DNA of 63,893 bases, filler included, from Perkinsus chesapeaki ATCC PRA-425 (Eukaryota > Protista > Perkinsozoa), in the NCBI GenBank assembly GCA_013115145.1. It is 11 parts of 11 records of this genome, joined end to end, with 100 filler letters (N's around TTAATTAATTAA, not from the genome) between each part and the next. Parts side by side here need not be neighbours in the genome. Positions count along the whole stretch, not along the records: positions 1 to 30,904 come from JAAPAO010000430.1; 10 more parts are not named here. One strand, 5' to 3'. Positions 1 to 11,858 of this stretch are shown here, piece after piece. The notes below the pieces were generated by a model. That model saw only the letters and a program-made list of their open reading frames with translations. It was not told where the DNA came from and did not search any database. The translations under genes and the position numbers were made by a program. Every line of letters starts with the position of its first letter. Within the stretch, counting starts at the first letter, position 1.

Positions 1-2
1 CA

Positions 3-73
3 AAAGGCAGATATACTGAAACCTACATAACTTATCATCATAACTCGTCATGCCTAGTGGGCACACGACATCA
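3..73. repeat. 71-bp dispersed repeat, copy 1 (possible 3' end of an LTR, ends ...GACATCA)
   Basis: 3-73 matches 62551-62621 with 2 mismatches. Both copies sit at contig starts and diverge right after ...CACGACATCA. Confidence 0.85.
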
Positions 74-1391
74 TAATATAGTATCCTGGTTTTGACACAT
101 TCTCGCCATCACTCGTAGCACTTTCCCTCATGTCAAGTCGATTGTCCTGATACAAGGAGGTGCATACAAGTAGACAGACTGAATAACAGAATCGCTCTCA
201 CACTGAGAGTCTTAACTTAGGATATCAGAGGATTATTGTGTGAAGTTGGACATCCCCGAACTGGGAAATCACCGGTGGGAAGTATACACAATAGGAACGT
301 TGAACTGCTGAAAATAATGATAGATGAGTTATAATCTTCAACATGCTTTGAAGTTTGACTAGTCACTTGGTCATGATGAATGTGTTGAGGCGAGATTGGA
401 TATCACTATGATATGATATTATCATAGGATATTCAGACAAGCAGATACATTGGAAAGGGTCTGAAAATTTAAGTGTTCTTGTCAAGAACTGTCCACGTGA
501 TACGAGTATTGCGTATAAACGGAGCACAAATGTCTAAGAGTCGGTATCCGAAATACTGAAATATCATTGACAAAAGAAGATAATACACGAGAAGCGTTGA
601 ATAGGCATACGACTACAACTGGCTGGTTAATGACCAGTGATTAACGGCGGCGGGGGCCATATACTGTGTCATTATGAGCTGCTATACTATAAGCTAGTAA
701 TTGGAAGCATTGATATCAGTGGTGAGGTGATATACTACAGATTGTAGTCTACAATTATTGTAGTACGGTAGTGTGCAAGTAATATAATATTAATAGCAAA
801 ATAGATGCTACTACGACAGGGAAACTATACCTATAGTGATGATGACCTCGGATTTCAATGCAATACAATTCAACGGTAGGACTATATTGCGTTAGCGGTA
901 ATGGAGTATAATATAAATTATACTTTATTCATTGATGCAAGCTAATAGTTATGACACTATTCTTCCTACCCTTACCTAAACATATCGCAATGTACTACAG
1001 TCTCCATTTTCCAGTCTACGTTGAGTTCAACTAGTCATATTTTAGCTCACAAATCATGCTCACTGCTCCACTAAAGTACTCGTTTTATATATATTCCCCT
1101 TGTATCAAAATCACAGGTTGTTAGGTTCTTCAGTTATCTAACCTCATCATCAAGTAGAAGTTATCCCTCCTCCCGCCATTTCCATATCTCATTTTTTCCA
1201 CAATCATCAAAGTGTTGCGTTTCGGCAGTTGGTTCTAGTGAAGCTCACTGGCACCAACTGCCGAAATACGAGTGGTGGTCCCTCAGGACTTCCACGTATC
1301 TTTGATGAACGTGGGTTCGATCCTTGCGTTTCATGTTTTTTGGCGCATTTTTTTATGAAGTCGGGCTACAATCTTCGTATGTCCGTTGTTG

Positions 1392-4300
1392 ATGGGTTGT
1401 ACTGTATCAACACCATTATTACGTTCTCATCATAAAGCATATAACCATATATCATCTGATAATAAAGAGGAGGGCCAAGGAAGAGGAGGAGGAAGCTGCT
1501 CAATAGCTGCTATCAGTCTCAATGCAAGCCTTACGCCACCACCAACTACTGCTGTAGAATATAATAAAGAGCGAAATAGGGGAAAACGAAAAAGGACATG
1601 TTGTGTAGTTGTTACCTTTCATGAAGGGTCTTATGCTGATAAACTGTCTAAGGTATTAAATGAATATAATGAAGAGGATGACAACCCTATAGAGGTTAGT
1701 ACATACTTAATACCAATAGATAATGATGAAGTAGATGATGATAATGGTATGATTAGGAAATATCATATACCATCACAACTAGTTCAATGCTCACTTTTTA
1801 TACCATTAATATCACCACAATGGTTACAGTCTCCTATGGCAGCACGACATATAAGGTTTATGGCTAGAAGGGGTATATTAGAGGCTGCTACTAGACCATC
1901 AAGGACAATAGCTATTAATATGGGATGGTTAATATCAAAGGATGATACTGAACAGGCATTGAAGGATATGTTAACATCAACAACAACCACAAAGCTCCAG
2001 CAGCAGCAGCAGTGTGGTGTTGAGGTGTTGGATTGGTCTGATGCTGATAGTAGTATTGATGAGAGTATTATAAGGCGAATATTGGAAGTTGGGAGAAAGA
2101 TGGTATATACCAAGGAATATGATAGACATTATCAATTATGGAAGGAATATAATAAACAAGAACAACAACAGATGGAAGAGAGATGTGATGGTAGTGCTAG
2201 TGAACATGAAAGGGATAGTGAACAAGTGAATGAGGAGGAGGAGAGTAGTTCCAAGGATAGTGGGAAGCTAGATAAGGAGGGCAATAGTTTAGAAGACAGC
2301 ATACAGAAGCGGGTTATAGAACCGGGGCCTCCACTTCCTCCACCTCCTATTGGTAGGAATATACTGGCATTAATAAAGGGTAATGAAGTACCACCACCAC
2401 CTTCAAGTGGTGGTGGATATAGGATTGATAATAGTGATGATAATGATACATTATATCGTACAAGAAATAGCAGTAACTTTATAGTTGATGATGAAGATGA
2501 GGCAAATAGGGTTGAATGTTGCTGCTGCTTTGATATGATGGGAAGTGAAGTCGGGATAGATGATAGTGTATTAGTTATAGGGCTTAAGGCATGTACGGAA
2601 CTTAATGGTAGAGTAGGGTATATAAGAAGGATAATAGAGGATGGTAGGGTAGAGGTGGAAATAGGTGATAGAATTGGTATAGATAATAGAAGGTTATATA
2701 GAAGAGTAAGGATACAGACATCTAGGATAAGAAGGTTGGGTAGTAATGAAGAGGTTATTATGGTGGTGAATGATGATGATGAGATAGGGAAGAGGAGGAA
2801 GGGTAGTGTTAATAAGATTATAAGGGATAATAGTGTACATCCTGATAGTATTAATATACAACGATCCAATGATGTTGATGGTATTATACATGTACCTGAG
2901 GGTATGCCTCATATACCACCTCCTACGACACCTTCATCAGTACCTATGCAACAGCAGCAGCAGCAGAAGGATGAGGATGAGGATGATGATGATGATGATA
3001 AAGAGAGTGAGGGTAATGAGGGTATAGGGCGAGAATTGGGAATAGAAGGGAAGGATAGGTTATTGGATATGATATATGATGGTATAGTAGATGTTGATGT
3101 TGATAGAGATGATGCTACATCTACGACAGTAATACGAAGTGAAAGAGTAAAGGTGCCTGTTGGTATGCCCCATCTTAATGAGATAACTGGTAAGGCGGGT
3201 ATAGTATACGGTGCTGATGGTATATTGGAGGTACGAAAGGCCACCTTAATGTCTTTCATAAAGATCCTACTACTAATAGTCTGGCATCGGGTACTAGGAA
3301 TAGGCCTATAAGTGAAGGTAATAAGGTGGGAAGAGAAGGGTATGGATAAAGGTATAGATACGTATAGGAGAAGGCGGTCACGGTTAGCTGAGGAGAGGGA
3401 GTTTAAGGAAGGTCTTGGTAGTTTAGAGGGGAAAGCTATACCGTTATTACCATCAAAAAAGGCAATACTAGAAAGTAAAAGGATAAAGGATAGGAAGGTT
3501 AAGGTATTAAAAGGGTGTGGTAAAGGGGGGAAGGTGGGTGTGGTGATAGGATACTAATGGGATACCACCAATGATGCCAACATTTGATGAATTACATCTA
3601 CAAGGTGGGAAAGGATATAAAGGGGATAGTAGAGAAGATGTTGATATGCTGATAGAGGTAGTAAGTTTAATGGAGGGAGAGATGGTATGGGTATAGGTAG
3701 AAGAGGAGGAGGAGAGGCCTACAATAGTTGCACTTGAAGATGATACCCCTAATAAAACAGGTCTGCATGAAGAAGCTTATTACATTGTTATTGTCCTATA
3801 TACCCTTTCTTATTATGTTTAGATACTACTACATCTCTTACTAGTACATCAGATAAAGGGGTTATTATATCTGGACGTAATGTTAAATGGAGATTAATAG
3901 AGAAGGTAGTGCAGCTATATGAGCACTGGTCATTACTACCACTGTAGGTATCTTACCATACCTTTGTTGGTGAAGTATTAAGTGGTAGACCCTTATCGGA
4001 TAGGTTATCCTCTATGTCCATCCATAGAGTCTTTGTCAAGGCTATACCTATATATACCACTCAACACTTAACATTATTAACAAATACATTAGATTTAATT
4101 ATATCAAAACTAACATCATCGTCTTCACCAGTATCATCACCACCTCATATTCTTACTCTATTTGGTTACGATATTATATCATCCCTCGGTGCGTCTGCTA
4201 TTAACCTATTTGCCTCACCAGGTGGTAGAGGTAGAGGAAGTGATACATCACAGCAGCAGCAGCAGCCAGTAGTAGAGTATGTATTGATATACTCTGAATG

Positions 4301-6150
4301 GTGTCCATTGGGTAGAGTATATGACCTAATATTAGATATTAAAGAGGGTAATATGATAGGTGGTATAGAAGAGGGATTGGTAAGGAGGTTTATATGGTAT
4401 ACATTGGTAGCATTACATTACCTCCATCATCATCAACTTTATCATGGTCATCTATCATCTAAATATTTAGTATTAGATGGTATGAATGATAGTATAAAAA
4501 TAGATGGTTATGCAATACCTAAATATATTGCACAATACCATGTAACACCACCACCCCCACCTACTATTAATGGAAGTGATCAGAGAAGAGAGCGGTATGA
4601 ATCATATGCATACTGGCAGCCACCAGAGCTTCAAGGGACTGCTGAAACAGAGACTGATCCTTCAATAAGAGCTAAGGTAGTAATAGGGGCTTCATCTATG
4701 AGGTTATATCATATTATAGGGTGATATATGGTCACTGGGGTGTCTCGCTATAGAACTACTAACTGGCAGGCATCCTGTATATAGTATGGAGTATGGTACT
4801 CATCAGCAAGACATATGTGGTGTAATAGTATTAGATGATACAGCAATACCTCAGCTACCGATTAATGTATCTAATACTGGTAATAGTAGTATTATGGTAT
4901 AGATGCTGTTATTATTATATACTATTATTAATAGGTATAGACTTTATTACCAGATGCCTACAGCGTAACCCTACATTAAGACCATCAACTAAGGATCTTA
5001 TGGAGCATGCTTGGATGTTGTTAAACTGTAAATAGACAGTCTCTCTAGTACCCCTTTTTATTGTGTTATATACTTATACCTTTATTAGTATCCACTTATC
5101 CATATATCTATCCCCCATACACCGATTATCCCATCAATATTACCAACCAGTAGGCCAGCCGATAGCGTCATTGCCAATGATGAGGACTCTGATGAGCCAG
5201 AAGAGGACCTTGATGACACCGATGAGCTCACTTACCCATCATCTGCACCTTTACTCTTTGTAACTCACAGACTGATAGACAATGACTGTACTGTGGAAGG
5301 TAGTGAAGGAGCATTTCAATCAGCTATATCATATCGTGTACCATATCTTGATAACGGCTTTGGTGTCGGACCTATTGATCCTGTATCATTTACCACAGCA
5401 TTCTGTTTTCGGGCTGCTGAGCCTTGTCTACCTATGCACTCCGATGAGGAGGAGCAGGAGCCTGTACCAGTGCCATACAGCTTTCGCCCTACAAAAGCTG
5501 CCCCTTGCATAACATTCCTAGTGTACTCATCTGAACCCTCCCATAGTGTAGCAGTCCAGCTTGGTTTATCTAGATTATGCCTGTTCAAGTGTGGTGCTTT
5601 AATACCAGAGACTTCCTTAAAGCTGAGATATGGTTTACATTGGGAAGAGTATACATTGACCCAGCAGCAGCAGCTTGGGCCATGTATAAAGCATTTATGG
5701 GTTCATCTAGATGATGCTACCACCCAATCTATATCATTACCTCAGCGGGTAAGACCACCTCTACGTAATGTAACAGTACAGCAACCTGGATATACCCTAT
5801 CTACGAACAACATTGTATTGGAGGTCGGTACAGTGGTATCTGTTGGGTATGCTACCTATTCTGGATGGGTATATGTAGCATATAGTGGAGGTAAAGGATG
5901 GTTACCTACACGTGCACTTGAGCTTATTACTGGTGACCCTGATCTATGCCCATTCACCAGAATTGCTAATGCTATGGTATACCCTGAACCGGAAGGAGAA
6001 GATGATACTGATGAAGGGGATGACAGCAACAGCAGCAGCAGCAGTGATGATGATAATAAGGATGATGATGGTAACAGTGATGATGATGACTCGGACTTTG
6101 CTGCACCTAATAGATATTTTGATAATCCAGAGCCAGCACCATCATATTAA
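1392..6150 (+). CDS. Spliced multidomain protein: N-terminal MGC acylation motif, TIR-like domain, KOW/SH3-like repeat, protein kinase-like (pseudokinase) domain, C-terminal SH3 domain
   Basis: Starts MGCTVST at 1392. TIR-like pattern CVVVTF...SLFIPLISPQWLQSP...EVLDWS. KOW-like VIGLKACTELNGRVG. Kinase motifs VFVKAI, YSEWCPLG, HGHLSSKY, IKIDGYA, WQPPE, GDIWSLGC, RPSTKDLMEHAW. SH3-like GWVYVAYSGGKGWLP. Phase-compatible GT-AG introns at 3231-3317, 3504-3549, 3658-3696, 3761-3822, 3906-3947 and 4677-4719 join the ORF pieces. The join near 5027-5158 is less certain. Confidence 0.7.
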
Positions 6151-6291
6151 TAATAATAGTTACTATACAATTATAATTCATAACTTATTACTATTACTGT
6201 CATACCGTTCTCTTGTGTAATACTGTATGGGATACCCCCCCCCCCTCAGCAGCTGTAATGGGGTTGTTGTTGTTGTTGTTGTTTCATTTAA

Positions 6292-7618
6292 ATGCCCTAT
6301 GACCTTTCATCAGCTACTATCCCTCTCACATCCATTCCCACGGAGGTTCTATTGTATATCCTAGCATCTTTGGATATCTCATCACTATGTAAAGCTCAAC
6401 TATCCTGTCGATCACTGTGGTGTATATGTGATGCATTAATAGAAGGGAAATGTACGTCATTATGGTCCCGTATAGTTATCGCACCCATTACCCTTGGTCC
6501 ACACAATCAATGGATAACTGCCTATCAGCAGCAGCAAGCTGGTGAATGGAGCTGGAGAGCGAAGGCTAGGACTATGCAAGCATGTAGCGAAATGTGCTTA
6601 CAATAATAATACTATATAACACGTTTTAGTATCACATCTGTTGGACGAATGCCCTAAGCTGTTTATGAAAGAGAGGCAGCTGTTATGGGGTCAGAGGGGG
6701 TTCTCATTCGATTATCGATCAGCCAGGATAGCATCCAAAAGGTTATCCTTCACTGTTACTACAGTAATATAGTATATAATAATACGACACCTACACGCTC
6801 ATTGTCAGTTACTTGGCATCCATCCTACTGGATATGGTCCTGAGGATGATGATGCCTGTAATGATTATGATGATGATAGGTTGTGGTTACAGGTATCGAT
6901 TCAACTACGGTTTAATAAGGATGCTGCTGGCAACGTTCTTGTTGGTTTTTGTGACTCTATTACTAATGAAAATCTTACAGTTGATAGATCCCGTAGTGTG
7001 GTATGTGGTAAAGGTATAGCGATTGAGCCAATCTCTGGTGATATCTACACTATGGGGAATCTTATTGAATCTGGTATACCTTCAGTAGTGGATGTTAATA
7101 CTACTACTACCATTACCGATAACAGCAGCAGCAGTACTATTCCCTATAATGTGATTGTTGGTGTCTGTATGTCATCTCATACCGGTGATATAGTGTTCTT
7201 GAGGAGGTTGTCCCATTGGCCTAAGGGTCAATGGATACCTACTAGAAGATGTGCACTTAATGGTTGGAAGATACTCTACATGTGATTAGGTATTATAAAT
7301 TATTCAGGTACAGGAGGACTATATTCAGATAGTGAAGCAGCAGCAGCAATAGCAGCAGTTGGTGTTGTTAACAAAGTTTGGTATCCATGTATATGCTGTC
7401 ATGCATTAACTGAGTCATCCAGGCTTAATGCTGAAGTGATAGGATTTGTAAGTTCTGATCATGAGTGTTATGTTGTTGTTGATATTATGGTACTATGTTA
7501 GGAAATGCTTTGTGCCTCGGAGCTGTGGGGTCGGTTTAGTGATAGTACCCTATTAGAAGGCATTCCTGTCAACAGTTCAACAACAACAGCAGCAGCAGGT
7601 TACTATCCTAATACCTGA
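6292..7618 (+). CDS. F-box protein (spliced), C-terminal beta-rich SPRY-like region
   Basis: LTSIPTEVLLYILASLDISSLCKAQLSCRSLW matches the F-box consensus. Downstream exons include ORF 6881-7285. The last exon ends ...YYPNT* at 7618. Confidence 0.7.
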
Positions 7619-7834
7619 AACTAGCCTGTAGGTGGTAACAGAACAGGAGCATACTATGGCTAAACTATATTACTTTCTATCTTACTACAAACAACAACAT
7701 AAATGGTCCTTTCTGGCCCTATTATCATCATTCATCTTCTTGTTGTTGTCGTTATCCTTGCTGCTTACCGCTACTTATCATTGTTGTGTTATATTGTATT
7801 ATTATTAAGTATCAGTTTATATACATCACTAGCG

Positions 7835-9647
7835 ATGTCATTAACAGAAGAGCATTTGCCAAGCAATAAACCAACAAGACCGTATCAATATGGTATCATG
7901 AAGCTCTCATACCGTATCTATCTCTATCTTCTTCAGATACAGTATTAATATCATCATCAACACTTAAAGGCTCATCCCTATCAGATCTATGGTCTCTACC
8001 ATCCCTTACAGCAGCAGCTGCCCCTCTAGCCCGTAGTAGGCTTATTATTAGTATCCTACCACATACCTTTGGGTTGGAGTATAACTCTGTAGGACTATGT
8101 GATGTTATTGATGCTATTTATCAAAGTGCTGGTGTACATGGACATCCCTTCTTGGATGTCGAAGTTAGACTTAATGATAATCTAGATACTAGGGGACCAC
8201 AGTGTGTCATGGTTGGTGGGGTAGGCATTATGAATGAGGATAAGGTTGATATTATCATACCTATTAACAAAGACGACGATGAGGATAAGATGCCGAATAG
8301 CGTCTCCTCCTCCTCCTCCTCCAGCTGTAGTTGTTGTATACCACAGTATAATCATGTACTATTTGCTGGTACATTCGATCATTTACATGTTGGTCATCGT
8401 GCTGTTATTACCCGTAGCTTTCTAATGGCTAATAAGACACTACGTTTGGCATTGGTAGCTGGTGAACTATTAAAGAATAAACGCTTAGCAAAGGCATTAC
8501 AGCCATTTGATATGAGAGAGAGGGAAGTGTTGAGGTTTGTTAAGGATATAAGACCAACTCATTGGCATTGTGATGTTGAAGTTATACCTGATATAACCAA
8601 AGATCCTATTGGTCCAGCTAGGACACTTAAAGACTTTGACTGTTTAGTGGTAACTACAGAGACTGCTAAAGGTGGTGCTATTGTTAATAAGGCTAGGAAG
8701 GAAGCTGGTAATCCTGAGGTTGATATAGTTGAAGTTAATCTTAGAAGTCATGGCTCTGCTGCTGCTGATGGTGGTGGTAAGGTTAGTTCTACTGATGTAA
8801 GGGAATATATATGTGATAAAGCAGGGGGAGAAGATAAACTTAATAACATGTACTGTTGTTGATGATGTTATTGTTACTTTATTGGTATGATAGGTACGAA
8901 AGATGGTATAAATTAATATGTGAGGATCCATTAATAACAGAGCTTGGTTGTGATGATTATCATCGTGAACAGTTAGTTGATACATGGTGGTCGACTCTAA
9001 GGGACCTTTATCTTCAACCATGGCGCTATTATCATACACTGAATCATGTACTACTATAACCAACTGTTAGCAATAACACTGCAGATATTGAGCAGGTTCG
9101 TGAAGTATTAGATAATATATATTCCTCTAGAGAGGGTAAAGGCCCTCTACCAGCAGATGTAGCAGAGAGTGATGGCGGCGGCCTTGAGATATGTGCATGG
9201 TTTCATGATTCTATATATGTACCTGGTCTTAATGATAATGAGAAGGCCAGTGAGAGACTATGGGTTAAGTTCTGTGATGATATTGGTATTATAAGTCCAC
9301 AGCTACAAGAGGAAGTATCTAAGACTATACTAGCTACCGAGAATCATGTAACTAGTAGGAAGACATATCCAGTAGAGGCTTATCCATCTATTAATGCCTT
9401 CTTGGACTTGGACCTCCTAATATTAGCATCTGATTGGCCTCGTTATAAAGAATATGCTCATGAGATTAGACAGGAGTATGAACCTGTTGTTGGTGGCTCT
9501 GAAGTCTTTGCTCAACAACGCTCAACGTTCTTATCATCCGTCTGTAATGGCAATACTGCTATGTTTGCTTTATCTGGCCTTAGTGCTGAAGAGAAGGCCC
9601 GAAGCAATATGCGTAAGGAGCTTGAATACCTTCAGAAGAGCTCCTAA
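7835..9647 (+). CDS. coaD: Phosphopantetheine adenylyltransferase (cytidylyltransferase-like, eukaryotic/archaeal type) fused to a C-terminal HD-superfamily (COG4339-like) domain
   Basis: AGTFDHLHVGH (HxGH), DPIGP, LVVTTETAKGGAIVNKAR. After an intron near 8850-8892 come YYHTLNH, WFHDSIY, DNEKAS, FLDLDL, YAHEIRQEY and ARSNMRKEL. Confidence 0.8.
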
Positions 9648-9799
9648 TAATATCCATCTCCTCCTACACAATAATAAAGTTACCCTTGTGTGCGACTGAT
9701 GACACCGTTAAGATGTTATTTTTCTATCCTTTATTTAGTGTTGTGTCTACCTAACTCTATGTTGTTTCTTAGGCTCACATGCTACCAGTGGTGTAACAT

Positions 9800-11701
9800 A
9801 TGCCATCCCTTCCTCCATATCTTCTCCCCCGGTCTCCCATATCTTCTCCAATAAGTACTGATATAGTCCATTGGCTCAGGCTTGGTATAGGAGGCTTATG
9901 GTGTGCATTCGCCGGCTTTACACTTGGTAATGCTGTTGCTGAATGGACCATCAAACGACGTGATCGTGAGAAGGAGTTAGTAGACGACTACGAGGAGGAG
10001 GAGAAGGGACGGACTGAGGCTACTGCTAATACCGATATAACATCTGCCTCCTCGTCCTCGTCGTTGTCCAGTATTGGTATGGATGTTGGAGTTAATACTG
10101 ATGATACTTGGGGTAGATATGTTATAGAGGCATCAGATCTATTAGTGGCAGTGGTAGCATGTGATGGTAGAGCTGTTGGGTTCGGTACTTTGGATACAAC
10201 TGGGACTATGGAGGATCCATCCTTATCTATGACTTCTGTTGTACGATGCAAGTTCAGACCTGCTGATACTGCTGCTGAGAGAGAGGGAACTGCTGCTGCT
10301 GCAGCAGCTGGTAGTGGAGAGCTCTCCTTTCAAATATTCTATGACCCGACTGAGAACTACCTAAGATATGTATCCAAGTTTGACTTAAGCTCTGCTGATC
10401 TACCTGATGAAGTGATAGCCTATACAGCTGCGTCATGGAATAGCACTATGCGATATTGTCGTTTAACACAGTGTGGTGGCCCTGGTGGTGGTGGAACAGG
10501 CCCATCTGATGGTATGAATCTTGATATGGTATCAACTGTACCTCAATACTTTGCCACCCAAACACATGCTATAGAATGGTTAGCTAGATTAACTAAGGTA
10601 ATAAGGATGATACTACTACTAAATTATACTATTACTAGCAATTCTTCTAAAGTATTGTATTTTGTATTATTATTGTAGGTATTCATGTCATCAATAACAA
10701 GGTGTTTATTGCATATACGTGATTGTCGTAATGGTTCTATGCCATTCGCTACCAAAGATATGTTGGAGGCTAACACTGTCCTATCTATGGTACCAACCGA
10801 CATAAGGCGACATGAGCAGCAGCAGCATCAGCAGCAGAAGGACCAAGTGCAACCACGAGAGCGAGTACGCAGCACATCGTCATCGTGTGAAGACAAATTC
10901 TGCCCGATATGTCTGGAACAGTTTTTACCAGGGGAACTAGTCCGTAGATTGCCATGTATGCATGTTTTTCATAAGACAAAGACATGTGATGTTGATAAGC
11001 ATTTAAAGAGGAATAAGCAATGTCCAACATGCAAGTAAGGTGAATGAAGCATCATGGGGATAGTTGAAGTAATATTACTTACTCAGAACTCCTATCGATA
11101 TATCTTATGATTATTTACTAACAATTCCGCACGACACTGCCGCAATAATACCACCAGAGCAGCCTGTTGAGGAAGAGGAGGAGGGTGGCATAGTGCCTAC
11201 TAATGAGATGTCCGAACAAGTGGCAGATCTAGAGCGTATGCTTGGTGGTCTGAGAGAGTCCCTTAATAACTATGAGAGAATGAGGAGAGCTGTTCATGCT
11301 TTTTATCATACTTCCATTGACTCTAACTCAGACAATAGTAATCAAATTGAAGAAGTACCGATAGATCACCAAAGAGTGGTGGTTAATAATGAAAACCACA
11401 GAGTAGACCCACAGGACTGTGATGTAAGGGTCATTCGAACACCTTTAGTATTGATCATATTATTCAGGCTTCTAACCATCCTACCGATGAAGAAGTATCG
11501 CTAGCGCCCTTGCCATCTACAGAGACTACTGCGCTACTACCGTCACCACCCCAACCACTTCTATTATTGCCGCCAGCATCTTCATCACCTCATGATGCTA
11601 CCGCTAGTGATCATACGACCACAGATCGCCCAGATGAAGAGTCATGCGGTGTACCGTGTACCCAAGAAGGTTTCAATACCCCTACTTCAGAAGATATTTA
11701 A
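9800..11701 (+). CDS. RING-H2 E3 ubiquitin ligase with N-terminal transmembrane helix and central YbjN/type-III-chaperone-like domain (spliced)
   Basis: CPICLEQF...LPCMHVFH...C...CPTCK|TPI is a RING-H2 pattern. Hydrophobic GIGGLWCAFAGFTLGNAV. Middle region YLRYVSKF...ASWNSTMRYCRL...MNLDMV. Confidence 0.7.
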
Positions 11702-11858
11702 CCAAACTTGCATAGTTGCTCCGTTAAGTACCATTAATATTACCATTGCTCTACAGTCGCCTAAGCAAGCGTAACAAGTGTTTGATTTGAGTGCTTCAAT
11801 TCTATTTTAACACCACCAATCACACATTAACTGTTGATAAGTATTGATGTGGTAGAAT

